From an uncultured Acidobacteriota bacterium (GTDB lineage Bacteria; Acidobacteriota; Thermoanaerobaculia; Multivoradales; UBA5704): a DNA stretch of 64,000 nucleotides. A program made the position numbers and the translations under genes. Under the pieces are notes generated by a model. That model was not told where the DNA came from and did no database searches. It was given only the letters and a program-made list of their open reading frames with translations. Positions 40,374 through 50,266 of the stretch are shown here, piece after piece (positions within the stretch are counted from its first letter, which is position 1; each line of letters begins with the position of its first letter). The stretch lies in the NCBI GenBank assembly GCA_963770895.1, contig CAVYRF010000002.1:544001-608000 (forward strand), written 5' to 3'.

Positions 40374-41530
40374 CCGGCAGCGGCGGCGACGGCCGTCACA
40401 TCGATCCGGCGCTGGGCACGCTCGGGGGCAGCGCGGGCGCGCAACAGCGCGTGGCGCCGGATCGCGACGACCCCGGCGGCCAGCACGGCCATGGCGGCAA
40501 CGCCGCCGCGCCGTCGTGGCTCCCCTGGGGCGAGCTGCCGTCCGACTCCTTTGCCGGCGAGCGGCCCACCTACTATGGGCGGCCGCTGCTCAAGGAAGCG
40601 GTCTGGATCTGGTCGATTCCGCTCTACTTCTACGTCGGCGGCACCGCCGGCGCCGCCGCGACGCTGGGCGCCGCGGCGCAGCTCGCCGGCGGCCCCGGCG
40701 CGCGGCCGCTGGTGCGGCGCTGCCGCTGGATCGCGGCGGCGGGGTGCGGTGCCAGCACGGTGCTGCTGATCCACGACCTGGGGCGCCCCGAGCGCTTTTT
40801 GAACATGCTGCGCGTGTTTCGCCCCACCTCGGCGATGAGCGTCGGCTCGTGGGTGCTGGCCGCCGCGGCTCCGGCAGCCATGGGATCGGCGGTGCTCTCC
40901 GGCTGCCGGCGCCCCTGGCTGCGCCGGCTGGGCGACGCGGCCGGCCTGGGCGCCGCGCTCTTCGGCATGCCCCTTGCCGGGTACACCAGCGTCCTGCTGG
41001 CTTCGACCGCGGTGCCGTTGTGGCAGGCGTCGCGCCGCAGCCTGCCGCCGCTGTTCATCGCCTCCGGCATGTCCGGCGCCGCGTCGCTGTTCGGCCTGAT
41101 GCCGCTGGCGCCGCGGGAAGAGCGCATCGTGCACCGCTTCGGCACCGCCGGCAAGATCGCGGACCTGGCCGCGATGGCGGCGGTCGAGCGCGACGCCGGG
41201 CGCGTCCCCCAGGTCGCCCGCCCCCTCCAGGAGGGCCTGTCGGGTACGCTGTGGAAGAGCGCCAAGGCGCTGACCGCCGCCAGCCTGGCGCTGTCGCTGC
41301 TCCCCCTGCCGCGCCGGCGCCGCCGCCTGACGCGCGCCCGCGACGTCGGCATCGGCCTGCTCGGCACCGCCGGCGCCGTCGCCCTGCGCTTCGCCGTCTT
41401 CCACGCCGGCAAGGCCTCGGCGCGCGACCCCCAGGCCACCTTCGACAACCAGCGCGCCGAGCTGCACGCGCAGCAACCGGCGTCCGCACCGCCGCCGGCG
41501 CCAGGCCCAGGCAGCAGCTCCAACCCCTGA
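40370..41530 (+). CDS. nrfD: NrfD/PsrC-family membrane anchor
   Basis: WSIPLYFYVGG, LLIHDLGRPERF, TSAMSVGSW, YTSVLL..VPLW. Confidence 0.88.
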   Translation: MTGSGGDGRHIDPALGTLGGSAGAQQRVAPDRDDPGGQHGHGGNAAAPSWLPWGELPSDSFAGERPTYYGRPLLKEAVWIWSIPLYFYVGGTAGAAATLGAAAQLAGGPGARPLVRRCRWIAAAGCGASTVLLIHDLGRPERFLNMLRVFRPTSAMSVGSWVLAAAAPAAMGSAVLSGCRRPWLRRLGDAAGLGAALFGMPLAGYTSVLLASTAVPLWQASRRSLPPLFIASGMSGAASLFGLMPLAPREERIVHRFGTAGKIADLAAMAAVERDAGRVPQVARPLQEGLSGTLWKSAKALTAASLALSLLPLPRRRRRLTRARDVGIGLLGTAGAVALRFAVFHAGKASARDPQATFDNQRAELHAQQPASAPPPAPGPGSSSNP

Positions 41531-41660
41531 TTCGGCGCTTCCCGGCGACGCGACAGCCTTGTTTGTTTCCCACAACCGGCCTTGCCCAGCCTGCCGCTTT
41601 TGCTTCGCGGAACCCGTCGAACCGCTTTGCCAGCCGGACCCGATCTGGCGCTGATCTTGC

Positions 41661-42614
41661 TTGTGCTTGCGCCCGCGGAGGACCTGCTTGCGGCGCTGGC
41701 GACAAATTTTCACCCGGACGATCCTGGCCTGGAACGATCATGACGCGACGACGCAGGGCGCCGCGCTGGCGTTCTACACCATCTTTTCGCTCGCGCCGCT
41801 GCTGATCCTGGTGGTGGCGCTGGCGGGGGCGGCGTTCGGCGCCGAAGCCGTGCGCGGCCAGATCGTGCTCGAGCTGCAGGAGCTGATGGGGCGCGACTCC
41901 GCCAGCTTCGTGCAGTCGATGCTGCGCACCGTCGCCAAGCCCACCGCCAACCGGCTGGCGGGCATCATCGGCATCGCCACCCTGGTCTTCGGCGCCTCGG
42001 GCGTCTTCGTGCAGCTGCAACAGTCGCTGAACCTGGTCTGGGACGTGGCACCGCGGCCCGGCGCCGTCTTCGCCACGCTGGTGCGCAAGCGCATGCTGTC
42101 GTTTGCCGTGGTGGTGGGGATCGGCTTCCTGCTGGTGGTGTCGCTCATCCTGTCCACACTCCTGGCGGCGCTCGGCGGCTACCTGGAAACGCGCTTCGCG
42201 CTGCCGGTCAGCTGGCTCCACATGTCCAACATCGCCCTGTCGTTCGTCGTCGTCACGCTGCTGTTCGGGCTCATCTACAAGCTGCTGCCCGACGTCGCGA
42301 TCGACTGGCGCGACGTGGTGGTGGGGTCGTTGGTGACCGCCGCCCTGTTCGAGATCGGCAAGAACCTGATCGGCATCTACCTGGGACGGTCCGGCGTCGG
42401 CTCGGCATACGGCGCCGCGGGGTCGCTCGTGGTGATCACCTCCTGGGTCTACTACTCGGCGCTGATCTTCCTCTTTGGCGCCGAGCTCACCCACGTGTAC
42501 TCGCTCGACCACCGCGCCCGCCATGGCGCTCCCGCCGCGCCGGTGGAGGCGGGAGCGACGACCCGTACGCCGGCTGCCGCCGGTGCCCCTGCCGTGGAGA
42601 CAACCGCGGATTGA
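41661..42614 (+). CDS. yihY: YihY/BrkB-family membrane protein
   Basis: GAALAFYTIFSLAPLL, LIYKLLPD, YGAAGSL..WVYYSA. Confidence 0.9.
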   Translation: MCLRPRRTCLRRWRQIFTRTILAWNDHDATTQGAALAFYTIFSLAPLLILVVALAGAAFGAEAVRGQIVLELQELMGRDSASFVQSMLRTVAKPTANRLAGIIGIATLVFGASGVFVQLQQSLNLVWDVAPRPGAVFATLVRKRMLSFAVVVGIGFLLVVSLILSTLLAALGGYLETRFALPVSWLHMSNIALSFVVVTLLFGLIYKLLPDVAIDWRDVVVGSLVTAALFEIGKNLIGIYLGRSGVGSAYGAAGSLVVITSWVYYSALIFLFGAELTHVYSLDHRARHGAPAAPVEAGATTRTPAAAGAPAVETTAD

Positions 42615-44431
42615 ACGGCGACGGCGCGTCCTTCTCGCAGCGGCGCCGCGCGCCGCGCCGCGCGGCGGCATGGCTGCTGTCCACCGGCCTGGCGGCGATC
42701 ACGGCGATCACGTTGAGCGCGGCGGCAGCGCCGCTCTACGCCGCCGAGTCGCTGCGCGTCGAAGTGGACGGGATCAAGGGCGACCTCAAGAAAAACGTCA
42801 TGGCCACCCTTTCGATCGAAGCCCAGCGCAAGGACAAGGACCTGGACGAATCGCAGATCGAACGCCTGCACGGCAAGGCGCCGGCGGAGATCTCGCAGGC
42901 GTTGCAGCCCTTCGGCTACTACCGCTCCCTGGTCGACGCGTCGCTCGGCCACGACGGCGCCACCTGGGTGGCGCGCTATAAGGTGGACCCCGGGCCGCAG
43001 CTCAAGATCAACGCCCTGGACGTGCAGGTGCTGGGCGCGGGAGCGAGCGACGCGCATTTCGAGCGCCTGGCGCGCGATTTCCCGCTGCACCAGGGCGACC
43101 CGGTTTTGCAGCTGCAGTACGAGTCGGGCAAGAAAGCCTTTGACGACTACGCCGCCGGTCACGGCTACCTGGACGGCAAGTTTGCGGTCAACCAGATCCG
43201 CATCGACCTGGCCGCCTACACCGCGGACGTCGTCGTCCATTACGACAGCGGCCCGCAGTACAAGTACGGTCCGGTGCGCTTCCACCAGAGCTTCCTGCGG
43301 CCGCGCCTGGTCGAAGGCTTCGTGCGCTTCAAGCAGGGCGAGCCGATCTCGGCGGCGCAGCTGCTCCAACTGCAGCAGGCGCTGGCCGACACCAACTATT
43401 TTCAGCGCGTCGAAGTGGTGCCGCAGCGCGCCGAGGCGCAGGGCCTGGAAGTGCCGATCGACGTCAACCTGACGCCGTCGCGGCCGGAGAAGTGGACCGC
43501 CGGCGCCGGCTACGGCACCGACACCGGACCGCGCGGCACCGTCGGCCTGGAGCTGCGCGACATCAACGAATACGGCCACCGCTTCACCTCCGAAGCCGAC
43601 GTGTCGGCGATCAACAAGAGCTTCCGCGCCGACTACCTGATCCCCGACGTCCGCACGCGCACCGACATGCTGGACTTCACCGTCGCCTACGCCGACCTCA
43701 CGCCGGCGACCAGCAAGAGCCTGAACCTGCTCGCCGGCCCCAGCTACAGCAGCCTGCTCGGCCGCTGGCACCAGGTGATCTCGCTCGACTACCAGCGGGA
43801 GAGCTACACCGTCGGCCCGCAGAGCGGCCTTTCCGACCTGGTCATCCCGCAGATCACCTGGTCGCGCGTGTTCGGCAACGACCGCCTCTATCCGACGCGC
43901 GGCGAAAGCTACAACTTCGTCGTCCGCGGCGGCGACAAGGCCCTGCTGTCCGACGACAACTTCGCGCAGGCCCAGGCCACCGCCAAGTTCATCCAGAGCT
44001 TCGGCCAAAAGAAAGTGTTTCGCCTGATCACCCGCGCCACCATCGGCTCGACCTGGACCAGCGACTTCAGCCACCTGCCGCCCAGCGAGCGCTTCTTTGC
44101 CGGCGGCGACCAGAGCGTGCGCGGCTACGGCTTCGAAGGCATCGGCGCCCTCGAAGACGGGCAGGTCATCGGCGGCACCGACCTGCTGGTGGGCAGCGTC
44201 GAGCTGCAATATCGCCTGGCGCGGTGGCAGGCGCTGCAAAAGTTCGGCGTCGCGACGTTTTTCGACGCCGGCGGCGCCGGCTTCTCCTTCGGCGGCGAGC
44301 TCAAGGAGGGCACCGGCCTGGGCATCTTCTGGATCTCGCCGATCGGCCCGGTGCGCGTCTACGTGGCGACCGCGCTCAGCATCCCAGGTCACCCGCTGCG
44401 CCTCCACCTCACCATAGGTCCAGATCTATGA
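42611..44431 (+). CDS. tamA: TamA (Omp85-family) outer-membrane protein
   Basis: Three POTRA-like domains (ALQPFGYY), GYGTDTGPRG, RFFAGGDQSVRGY, WISPIGPVR, IGPDL. Confidence 0.92.
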   Translation: MNGDGASFSQRRRAPRRAAAWLLSTGLAAITAITLSAAAAPLYAAESLRVEVDGIKGDLKKNVMATLSIEAQRKDKDLDESQIERLHGKAPAEISQALQPFGYYRSLVDASLGHDGATWVARYKVDPGPQLKINALDVQVLGAGASDAHFERLARDFPLHQGDPVLQLQYESGKKAFDDYAAGHGYLDGKFAVNQIRIDLAAYTADVVVHYDSGPQYKYGPVRFHQSFLRPRLVEGFVRFKQGEPISAAQLLQLQQALADTNYFQRVEVVPQRAEAQGLEVPIDVNLTPSRPEKWTAGAGYGTDTGPRGTVGLELRDINEYGHRFTSEADVSAINKSFRADYLIPDVRTRTDMLDFTVAYADLTPATSKSLNLLAGPSYSSLLGRWHQVISLDYQRESYTVGPQSGLSDLVIPQITWSRVFGNDRLYPTRGESYNFVVRGGDKALLSDDNFAQAQATAKFIQSFGQKKVFRLITRATIGSTWTSDFSHLPPSERFFAGGDQSVRGYGFEGIGALEDGQVIGGTDLLVGSVELQYRLARWQALQKFGVATFFDAGGAGFSFGGELKEGTGLGIFWISPIGPVRVYVATALSIPGHPLRLHLTIGPDL

Positions 44432-47400
44432 ACGCCGGACGCCTGTTCCGCCGCCTCGGCCGCATCGCCCTGTGGGTCGCCGCCAGCCTGGCCGGCCTGG
44501 TGGTGCTGCTCGGCATCGCCCTGGCATTTCTGATCGGCACCCAAAGCGGCACCCGCTTTCTCTTCGGCAGGCTGGGCGCGCTCATGCCGGGAAGCTTCCA
44601 GGTGCGCACGGTCACCGGCCGCATCGACAGCCCGCTCACCCTGGAGGGCCTGGTCTACAAACGGCCGACCCTGCAGGTGACGATCGACCGCCTCTACCTG
44701 GAGTGGAACCTCAAGGCCTTGCTGCAACGGCGCCTGGACATCGGCCGCCTGTACGCCGACGGCATCCAGGTGGTGTCGACGCCGGCCCCCAGCCAGCAGC
44801 CCACCCAGCTGCCCGACCTGGACCTGCACTTCAACATCATCGTCCGCGACGCCCGCGTGCGCGGCCTGCGCATCGGCGGCGACGCCGGCGCGGCCGGCGG
44901 CGGCAGCGGTGGGAGCGGCAGCGCCGCGGGCAGCGGAGCCGCGGGCGGGCTGCCACCGATCGACGAGATCGACCTCAAGACCACCGACATCCAAAACCAC
45001 GTCCGCGTGGATCTGCTGTCGGTGCGCTCGGCCCTGCTGGACGCCAACGTCACCGGCACCGTCCAGCCGCAAGGCGATTATCCGGTCGACCTCACCATGC
45101 GCTACACCGTGCGGCCGCCGGCATCGCCGGCACCTGCCACGCCGGTCGCGCCGGCGGGCGCGCCGAAGGCCGCCGGAACGACGGCGGCGGGAGCGAAGGC
45201 CGGCGCGACGGCGACGGGGGCTCCTGGAGCCGCAGCGCCGGCGCCGCTGCCGGCGCTGCCGGCGATCGTCGGCTCCGGCACCCTCACCGGCACCCTGGCG
45301 TCGCTGCACGTCCAGCAGGTGCTGACGGCGCCCTTTGCGGCGCGCTTGCAGGCGGTGCTCGACCAGCCGATGCGCACGCTGCGCTTCGACGGCCAGCTGG
45401 CGTTCAAGGACGTCAACCCGCGGCGCCTGCGGCCCGACCTGCCCGACCTGCCCGCATCGGGAACGGTGGCGGCGCGCGGCACCGTGGACCGCTTCGACAG
45501 CTGGGGCGCCATCGACGGCGCCATGGACCCCGTGGGCCGCTTCCACCTGGACTTCCAGGCGTCCCGCGTGCCGCCAGCCCACACCGGCGACGCCTGGCAG
45601 GTGCAAAAGGCCCAGCTCACCCTGCCCGGCACACCGCTGCAGCTGGCGCTCAGCGGCAAGGTCGAGCTGCCCGCGCCCCCCGCCCAGACCGCAGCCGCGC
45701 CGGCAGCGCCGGCAAAGACCGCGACCCTCGTGGACGCCGACCTGCATGCCACCTGGCGCAACCTGGCCTGGCCGCCGCGCGGCACGGCGTCCTTTGCCAG
45801 CCCCAGCGGCGACGCGCACGTGACCGCGCACATGGGATCGGCAAGCGCGCTGAGCAGCGAGGGCAGCGTGCGGGCGGTGATCGCGTCCGTGGGGCCGCTG
45901 GCCGTCGACTACAAGGTGAGCCAGAACGGCGCCGACTGGCACCTGGAGAAGGTGGAGGTGGCGCTGACCAACACCGCGTCGCACCTTGCCGCCTCCGGGC
46001 AGGTCACCCAGCGCGGCCAGACCTTCGACGTCAACGCGGCGCTCAACTGGCGCGATCTCGCCTGGCCGCTCGCCGGCCCGCCGCAGGTCAAGAGCGCACA
46101 GGGCCAGGCGCGCATCGCCGGCACCCTGGACGACTTCAAGCTCCAGGTCGACGCCGCCCTGGCCGCCGGCGCCGGCGCCGCGGGCACCCTCGGCATGGCC
46201 GGCACCGCGCCGGCGGCAAAGCCGGCGAGCGCCGGTGCGACCAGCACAGCGGCTACAACCACCGCCGCGAACACCTCGCCAGCCGCGGTAAAGGCGCCGG
46301 CGACGACAAACGGCGCCAGTCCAGCGGCGGTCCCGGCGGCATTGCCGGCGGGGCGGTTTTCGCTCTCCGGCAACGGCAGCCGCAACCAGTTTCACATTGC
46401 CAGCCTGGCGGCGGACGTGCTGCAGGGGCACCTGCAAGGGCATGGCGACGTGGCGTGGAGCCCGCAACTGACCTGGAACCTGACGCTCAACGGGCAGGGG
46501 ATCGATCCGGCGGCGATCCGGCCTGATTTTCCCGGCCACCTCAACTTTGCCGTCGCGACGCGCGGCGAAAGCGGCGGCGGCGGGTTGAACGGCACGGTCA
46601 ACCTGCCGCAGCTGTCGGGGACGCTGCGCGACCAGCCGATCTCGGCCAACGTCGCGCTGGGCATCGCCGGGCCCACGTACAACCTGTCGCGCTGCGAGGC
46701 CAGCTGGGGGACGACGCGGGTGCAGGCGTCGGGGCGCATCGGCGATCGCCTGGACCTGGGGTTCGACGTGTCGACAACCAACCTGGGCCTGCTGCTGCAA
46801 GGCGCCACCGGCACGGTCAGCGCCCAGGGGCACGTGTCGGGGCCGATGAAGACGCCGCGCGTCGCGGCGACGGTCAACGCGCACGGTCTGCGCTACGGCA
46901 CCCAGGGGGTCGGCTCGGCGAACCTGCGCGCCGACGTCGACCTGGCGCCGGCCGGCCCCTTCCAGGTCGACCTGGACCTGCACCAGCTGAATGCCGGCGG
47001 CCAGCTGGTCAACCTGGCGACGCTGGCCAGCCGCGGCACCACCGCCAACCACACCCTGACGCTTGCGGCGACCGGGCTTGGCGACAGCAAGGACGCGCAC
47101 CTGGACCTGGGCCTGGCCGGCGGCGTCAGCGGCGCGCTGGGCGCGGATTCGGTGTGGCACGGCCAGATCACCCGCCTGGACGTGCGCTCGTCGCCGGTCG
47201 GCGATTGGGGCCTGCAACAGGCGGCGGCGCTCACCGCCGGCGCCAAGACGATCGAGCTGCGCGACCTCTGCTGGGCCAACACCGGCAAGCCCGCCGGGCC
47301 GACGGCCAGAGCCGGGAGCGGCGCCGGCGGCCGCCTGTGCGCCAGCGCCGCCTGGTCGCAGGCCGGCCCCTGGGCTGGCGACCTGACGGTCACCGCGGTG

Positions 47401-49023
47401 CCGCTCAACCTGTTCAAGCCGTTCCTGCCGGCGGACCTGACGATCACCGGCGACATCAACGGCACCGCCACGGCGCACGGCGGCAGCAAGGGCATCGCCG
47501 CCGCCAACGTCGACCTGTCGCCGGGACCGGGGACGCTCAGCTTCCCGGCCGACAACGGCAAGACGGCCGAGGTGCGCTTCGACCGCGCCACGCTGCGCGC
47601 CCAGGCCGGGCCGGCGGGCGGCGACGCCGACGCGGCGCTTTCGATCGCCGATGCCGGCACCTTCGAAGCCAAGCTCACGCTGCCGCGCCTGACCCAGGGC
47701 ATCGTGCTCAAGGATCAGCCGCTGGCCGGCACGATCACCGCCAACTTCAAAAATCTTGCGTTTGTCGAAGCCTTCGTGCCCACGGTGCGCAAGCTGACCG
47801 GCGGCCTGCTCGCCAACCTGCGGCTGGCCGGCACCGCCGGCGCGCCGCGCGTCGCGGGCGACGCTCACCTGCAAGGCGTCACCGCGCAGATCCCGATCCT
47901 GGGGCTGGACGTCAAGGACGTCCAGCTGAGCGCCACCGGCGACGGCGGCGGCCTGCTCAAGATCGCCGGCAGCGCCAGGTCCGGATCGGGGTCGGTGCAG
48001 CTGGCAGGCACCGCCGGGCTCATGCCCAGCGCGGCGACGCCGATCAAGCTGGAGCTGACCGGCTCGCGGTTCCAGGCGATGAACACCAAGGAGATCCAGA
48101 TCCTGGTGTCGCCCAAGCTGGACCTGGCCTACGACGGGACGTCGGCGCGGGTGACCGGCGACGTGACGATCCCGCAGGCGCTGTTTCACATCGAAAAGGT
48201 TGCCAAGGGCGGCCCGATCGTGCCGTCCAAGGACGTGGTGTTCGTCGGCGGCATGCAGCCGCAGGCCGAGCAGCAGGCGGCATCGCCCCTGAAGCTGCAC
48301 GCCCGCATCCGCCTGGTGCTGCCCAACCCGTCGGTCGAGCTGGACACCTTCGGCCTCAAGGGCCAGCCCTACGGCGAGCTGCTCATCGTCGAAGAGCCCG
48401 GCCGCGACACCAGCGGCAGCGGCGAGCTGGACATCGCCAAGGGCGGCACCTTCCAGGCCTACGGCCAGAACCTGACGATCGAGCGCGGGCGGCTGATCTT
48501 CGGCGGCCCGATCGCCAATCCGGGCCTGGACATCCGCGCCTCGCGCCTGTCGGACGACCAGACCGTCACCGCCGGCATCGAGGCCAAGGGGACGCTCGGC
48601 AAGCCCGAGATCACCGTCTGGTCGACTCCCACCATGGGCGAAAGCGACGCGCTCGCCTACGTCGTCCTTGGCCACGGCCTGAGCACCGCCTCGTCGCAGG
48701 AGGGCAACCGCGTCGCCAACGCCGCCCAATCGCTGGGCCTGGCCGGCGCCGGCATGCTGGCCAACAACATCGCGTCGCGCTTCGGCCTGGAGGAGGCGTC
48801 GATCAGCTCGAGCGGCGGCCTGGACCAAGCCTCGCTGATGCTCGGCAAGTACCTGGCCCCCCACCTCTACGTGGTCTACGGCATCGGCCTGTTCCAGCCG
48901 GTCAGCACCTTCCGCGTGCGCTACATCATCAGCAGCAAGTGGACCCTGCAGGCCGAAAGCAGCACGGAAACCGGCGCCGACATGCTCTACACCCTGGAGC
49001 GCGGCCGCATCAAACGCCACTGA
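44428..49023 (+). CDS. tamB: TamB translocation/assembly module protein
   Basis: N-terminal TM; long beta-rich body; C-terminal AYGQNLTIERGRLIF..NPGLDIRA..LGKYLAP; ATGA overlap with tamA. Confidence 0.9.
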   Translation: MNAGRLFRRLGRIALWVAASLAGLVVLLGIALAFLIGTQSGTRFLFGRLGALMPGSFQVRTVTGRIDSPLTLEGLVYKRPTLQVTIDRLYLEWNLKALLQRRLDIGRLYADGIQVVSTPAPSQQPTQLPDLDLHFNIIVRDARVRGLRIGGDAGAAGGGSGGSGSAAGSGAAGGLPPIDEIDLKTTDIQNHVRVDLLSVRSALLDANVTGTVQPQGDYPVDLTMRYTVRPPASPAPATPVAPAGAPKAAGTTAAGAKAGATATGAPGAAAPAPLPALPAIVGSGTLTGTLASLHVQQVLTAPFAARLQAVLDQPMRTLRFDGQLAFKDVNPRRLRPDLPDLPASGTVAARGTVDRFDSWGAIDGAMDPVGRFHLDFQASRVPPAHTGDAWQVQKAQLTLPGTPLQLALSGKVELPAPPAQTAAAPAAPAKTATLVDADLHATWRNLAWPPRGTASFASPSGDAHVTAHMGSASALSSEGSVRAVIASVGPLAVDYKVSQNGADWHLEKVEVALTNTASHLAASGQVTQRGQTFDVNAALNWRDLAWPLAGPPQVKSAQGQARIAGTLDDFKLQVDAALAAGAGAAGTLGMAGTAPAAKPASAGATSTAATTTAANTSPAAVKAPATTNGASPAAVPAALPAGRFSLSGNGSRNQFHIASLAADVLQGHLQGHGDVAWSPQLTWNLTLNGQGIDPAAIRPDFPGHLNFAVATRGESGGGGLNGTVNLPQLSGTLRDQPISANVALGIAGPTYNLSRCEASWGTTRVQASGRIGDRLDLGFDVSTTNLGLLLQGATGTVSAQGHVSGPMKTPRVAATVNAHGLRYGTQGVGSANLRADVDLAPAGPFQVDLDLHQLNAGGQLVNLATLASRGTTANHTLTLAATGLGDSKDAHLDLGLAGGVSGALGADSVWHGQITRLDVRSSPVGDWGLQQAAALTAGAKTIELRDLCWANTGKPAGPTARAGSGAGGRLCASAAWSQAGPWAGDLTVTAVPLNLFKPFLPADLTITGDINGTATAHGGSKGIAAANVDLSPGPGTLSFPADNGKTAEVRFDRATLRAQAGPAGGDADAALSIADAGTFEAKLTLPRLTQGIVLKDQPLAGTITANFKNLAFVEAFVPTVRKLTGGLLANLRLAGTAGAPRVAGDAHLQGVTAQIPILGLDVKDVQLSATGDGGGLLKIAGSARSGSGSVQLAGTAGLMPSAATPIKLELTGSRFQAMNTKEIQILVSPKLDLAYDGTSARVTGDVTIPQALFHIEKVAKGGPIVPSKDVVFVGGMQPQAEQQAASPLKLHARIRLVLPNPSVELDTFGLKGQPYGELLIVEEPGRDTSGSGELDIAKGGTFQAYGQNLTIERGRLIFGGPIANPGLDIRASRLSDDQTVTAGIEAKGTLGKPEITVWSTPTMGESDALAYVVLGHGLSTASSQEGNRVANAAQSLGLAGAGMLANNIASRFGLEEASISSSGGLDQASLMLGKYLAPHLYVVYGIGLFQPVSTFRVRYIISSKWTLQAESSTETGADMLYTLERGRIKRH

Positions 49024-49043
49024 CCGGCGGGCCGGCGGGCGGT

Positions 49044-50195
49044 TCAGCGGCGGCCCGCGGCACCCTTGGCGCTGCCCGCCGCCGCACTCTTCGCCGCCTG
49101 CGCCGGCCGCGCCGTCCCCAGCTCGCCCAGCCAGGTCTTGATCGCGGAGTCCATGCGCCGGCGGTCGCGGTGCCGGGCGACGGCGATCGCCACCAGGCGG
49201 TCGACCAGCTGCGGCAGCGGCAGCCCCGAAAGCGCCCACAGGCGCGGATACATCGAGATCGCGGTGAAACCGGGCAGGGTGTTGATCTCGTTGAGGTACA
49301 GATCCGCTTCGCCTTCGAGGAAGAAATCCACCCGCGCCAGGCCGGCGCCGCCGATGGCGACAAACGCGTCGGCGGCCAGGCGGCGCAGGCGGTCGGCGAC
49401 GGCGGCGGGCAGGTCGGCGGGTGCCACCAGCCGGGCGGTGTCCTGCAGGTATTTGTCGGCGTAGTCGTAGAAGGCGTTGCCGGCGACGATCTCACCCACC
49501 GCCGAAGCCTGGATCTGCTCGTAGCCGAGCACCGCGCACTCCAGCTCGCGGCCGGCGGCGGCGCGCTCGACCAGCACGGCGTCGTCGAAGCGCAGGGCGA
49601 AACGCACCGCGTCTTCCAGCCCGTCGCGCTCGTCGACGCGGCGGATGCCGACGCTGGAGCCGCCGTTGCGCGGCTTGACGAAGAGCGGCAGCGGCAGCTG
49701 CTCCAGCCGCCGCAACGCTTCCTGCGGCGCCGCCTGCCAGGCGGCGCGGCCGATCGTCTGGCAGGGCAACACCGGCACCCCCGCCGCGGCGACCAGCTGC
49801 TTGGTCAGCGCCTTGTCCATGGCGGCGGCGCTGGCGGCGACGCCGGGGCCGACATAGGGGAGATCGAGCATTTCGCACAGCCCCTGGAGCGAGCCGTCTT
49901 CGCCCCAGCTGCCGTGCACGATCGGGAAGACCACGTCGACGCCGGCGTCGAGCAGCACGGCAAGGGTCGGCGCGACCGGCACCCCCAGCGGCGGGATGGC
50001 GCGCGCGTCGCCGTCGAGCACCGCAGCCGCCGCCGCGCAATCGATCCAGCATCCGTCCTGGGAGATGCCGAGCGGCGTCACCTGGTGGCCGGCCTCGCGC
50101 AGGCCGCGCGCCACCGTGCGCGCCGAGGCGATCGATACCTGGTGTTCGACGCTCCTGCCGCCAAACACCACTCCCACCTGGAGCGCCTTGGTCAT
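49044..50195 (-). CDS. ddl: D-alanine--D-alanine ligase
   Basis: FGGRSVEHQVS, HGSWGEDG, FVKP..GSSVG, YDYADKY, NEINTLPGFT. Confidence 0.96.
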   Translation of the reverse strand: MTKALQVGVVFGGRSVEHQVSIASARTVARGLREAGHQVTPLGISQDGCWIDCAAAAAVLDGDARAIPPLGVPVAPTLAVLLDAGVDVVFPIVHGSWGEDGSLQGLCEMLDLPYVGPGVAASAAAMDKALTKQLVAAAGVPVLPCQTIGRAAWQAAPQEALRRLEQLPLPLFVKPRNGGSSVGIRRVDERDGLEDAVRFALRFDDAVLVERAAAGRELECAVLGYEQIQASAVGEIVAGNAFYDYADKYLQDTARLVAPADLPAAVADRLRRLAADAFVAIGGAGLARVDFFLEGEADLYLNEINTLPGFTAISMYPRLWALSGLPLPQLVDRLVAIAVARHRDRRRMDSAIKTWLGELGTARPAQAAKSAAAGSAKGAAGRR

Positions 50196-50266
50196 GAGAC
50201 GCCCATTCTAACCCGGCTACGACCGCCGCCGGCACGAGTGCCGGCCTGGGGGGCCGGGGCCGCGCC

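Noticed and set aside
44389-49239. Long antisense and alternative-frame ORFs (for example 1616 aa opposite tamB, 1238 aa at 12073-15789)
   Set aside because: Shadow ORFs expected at high GC; Arg/Ala/Gly-rich with no motifs and overlapping well-supported genes
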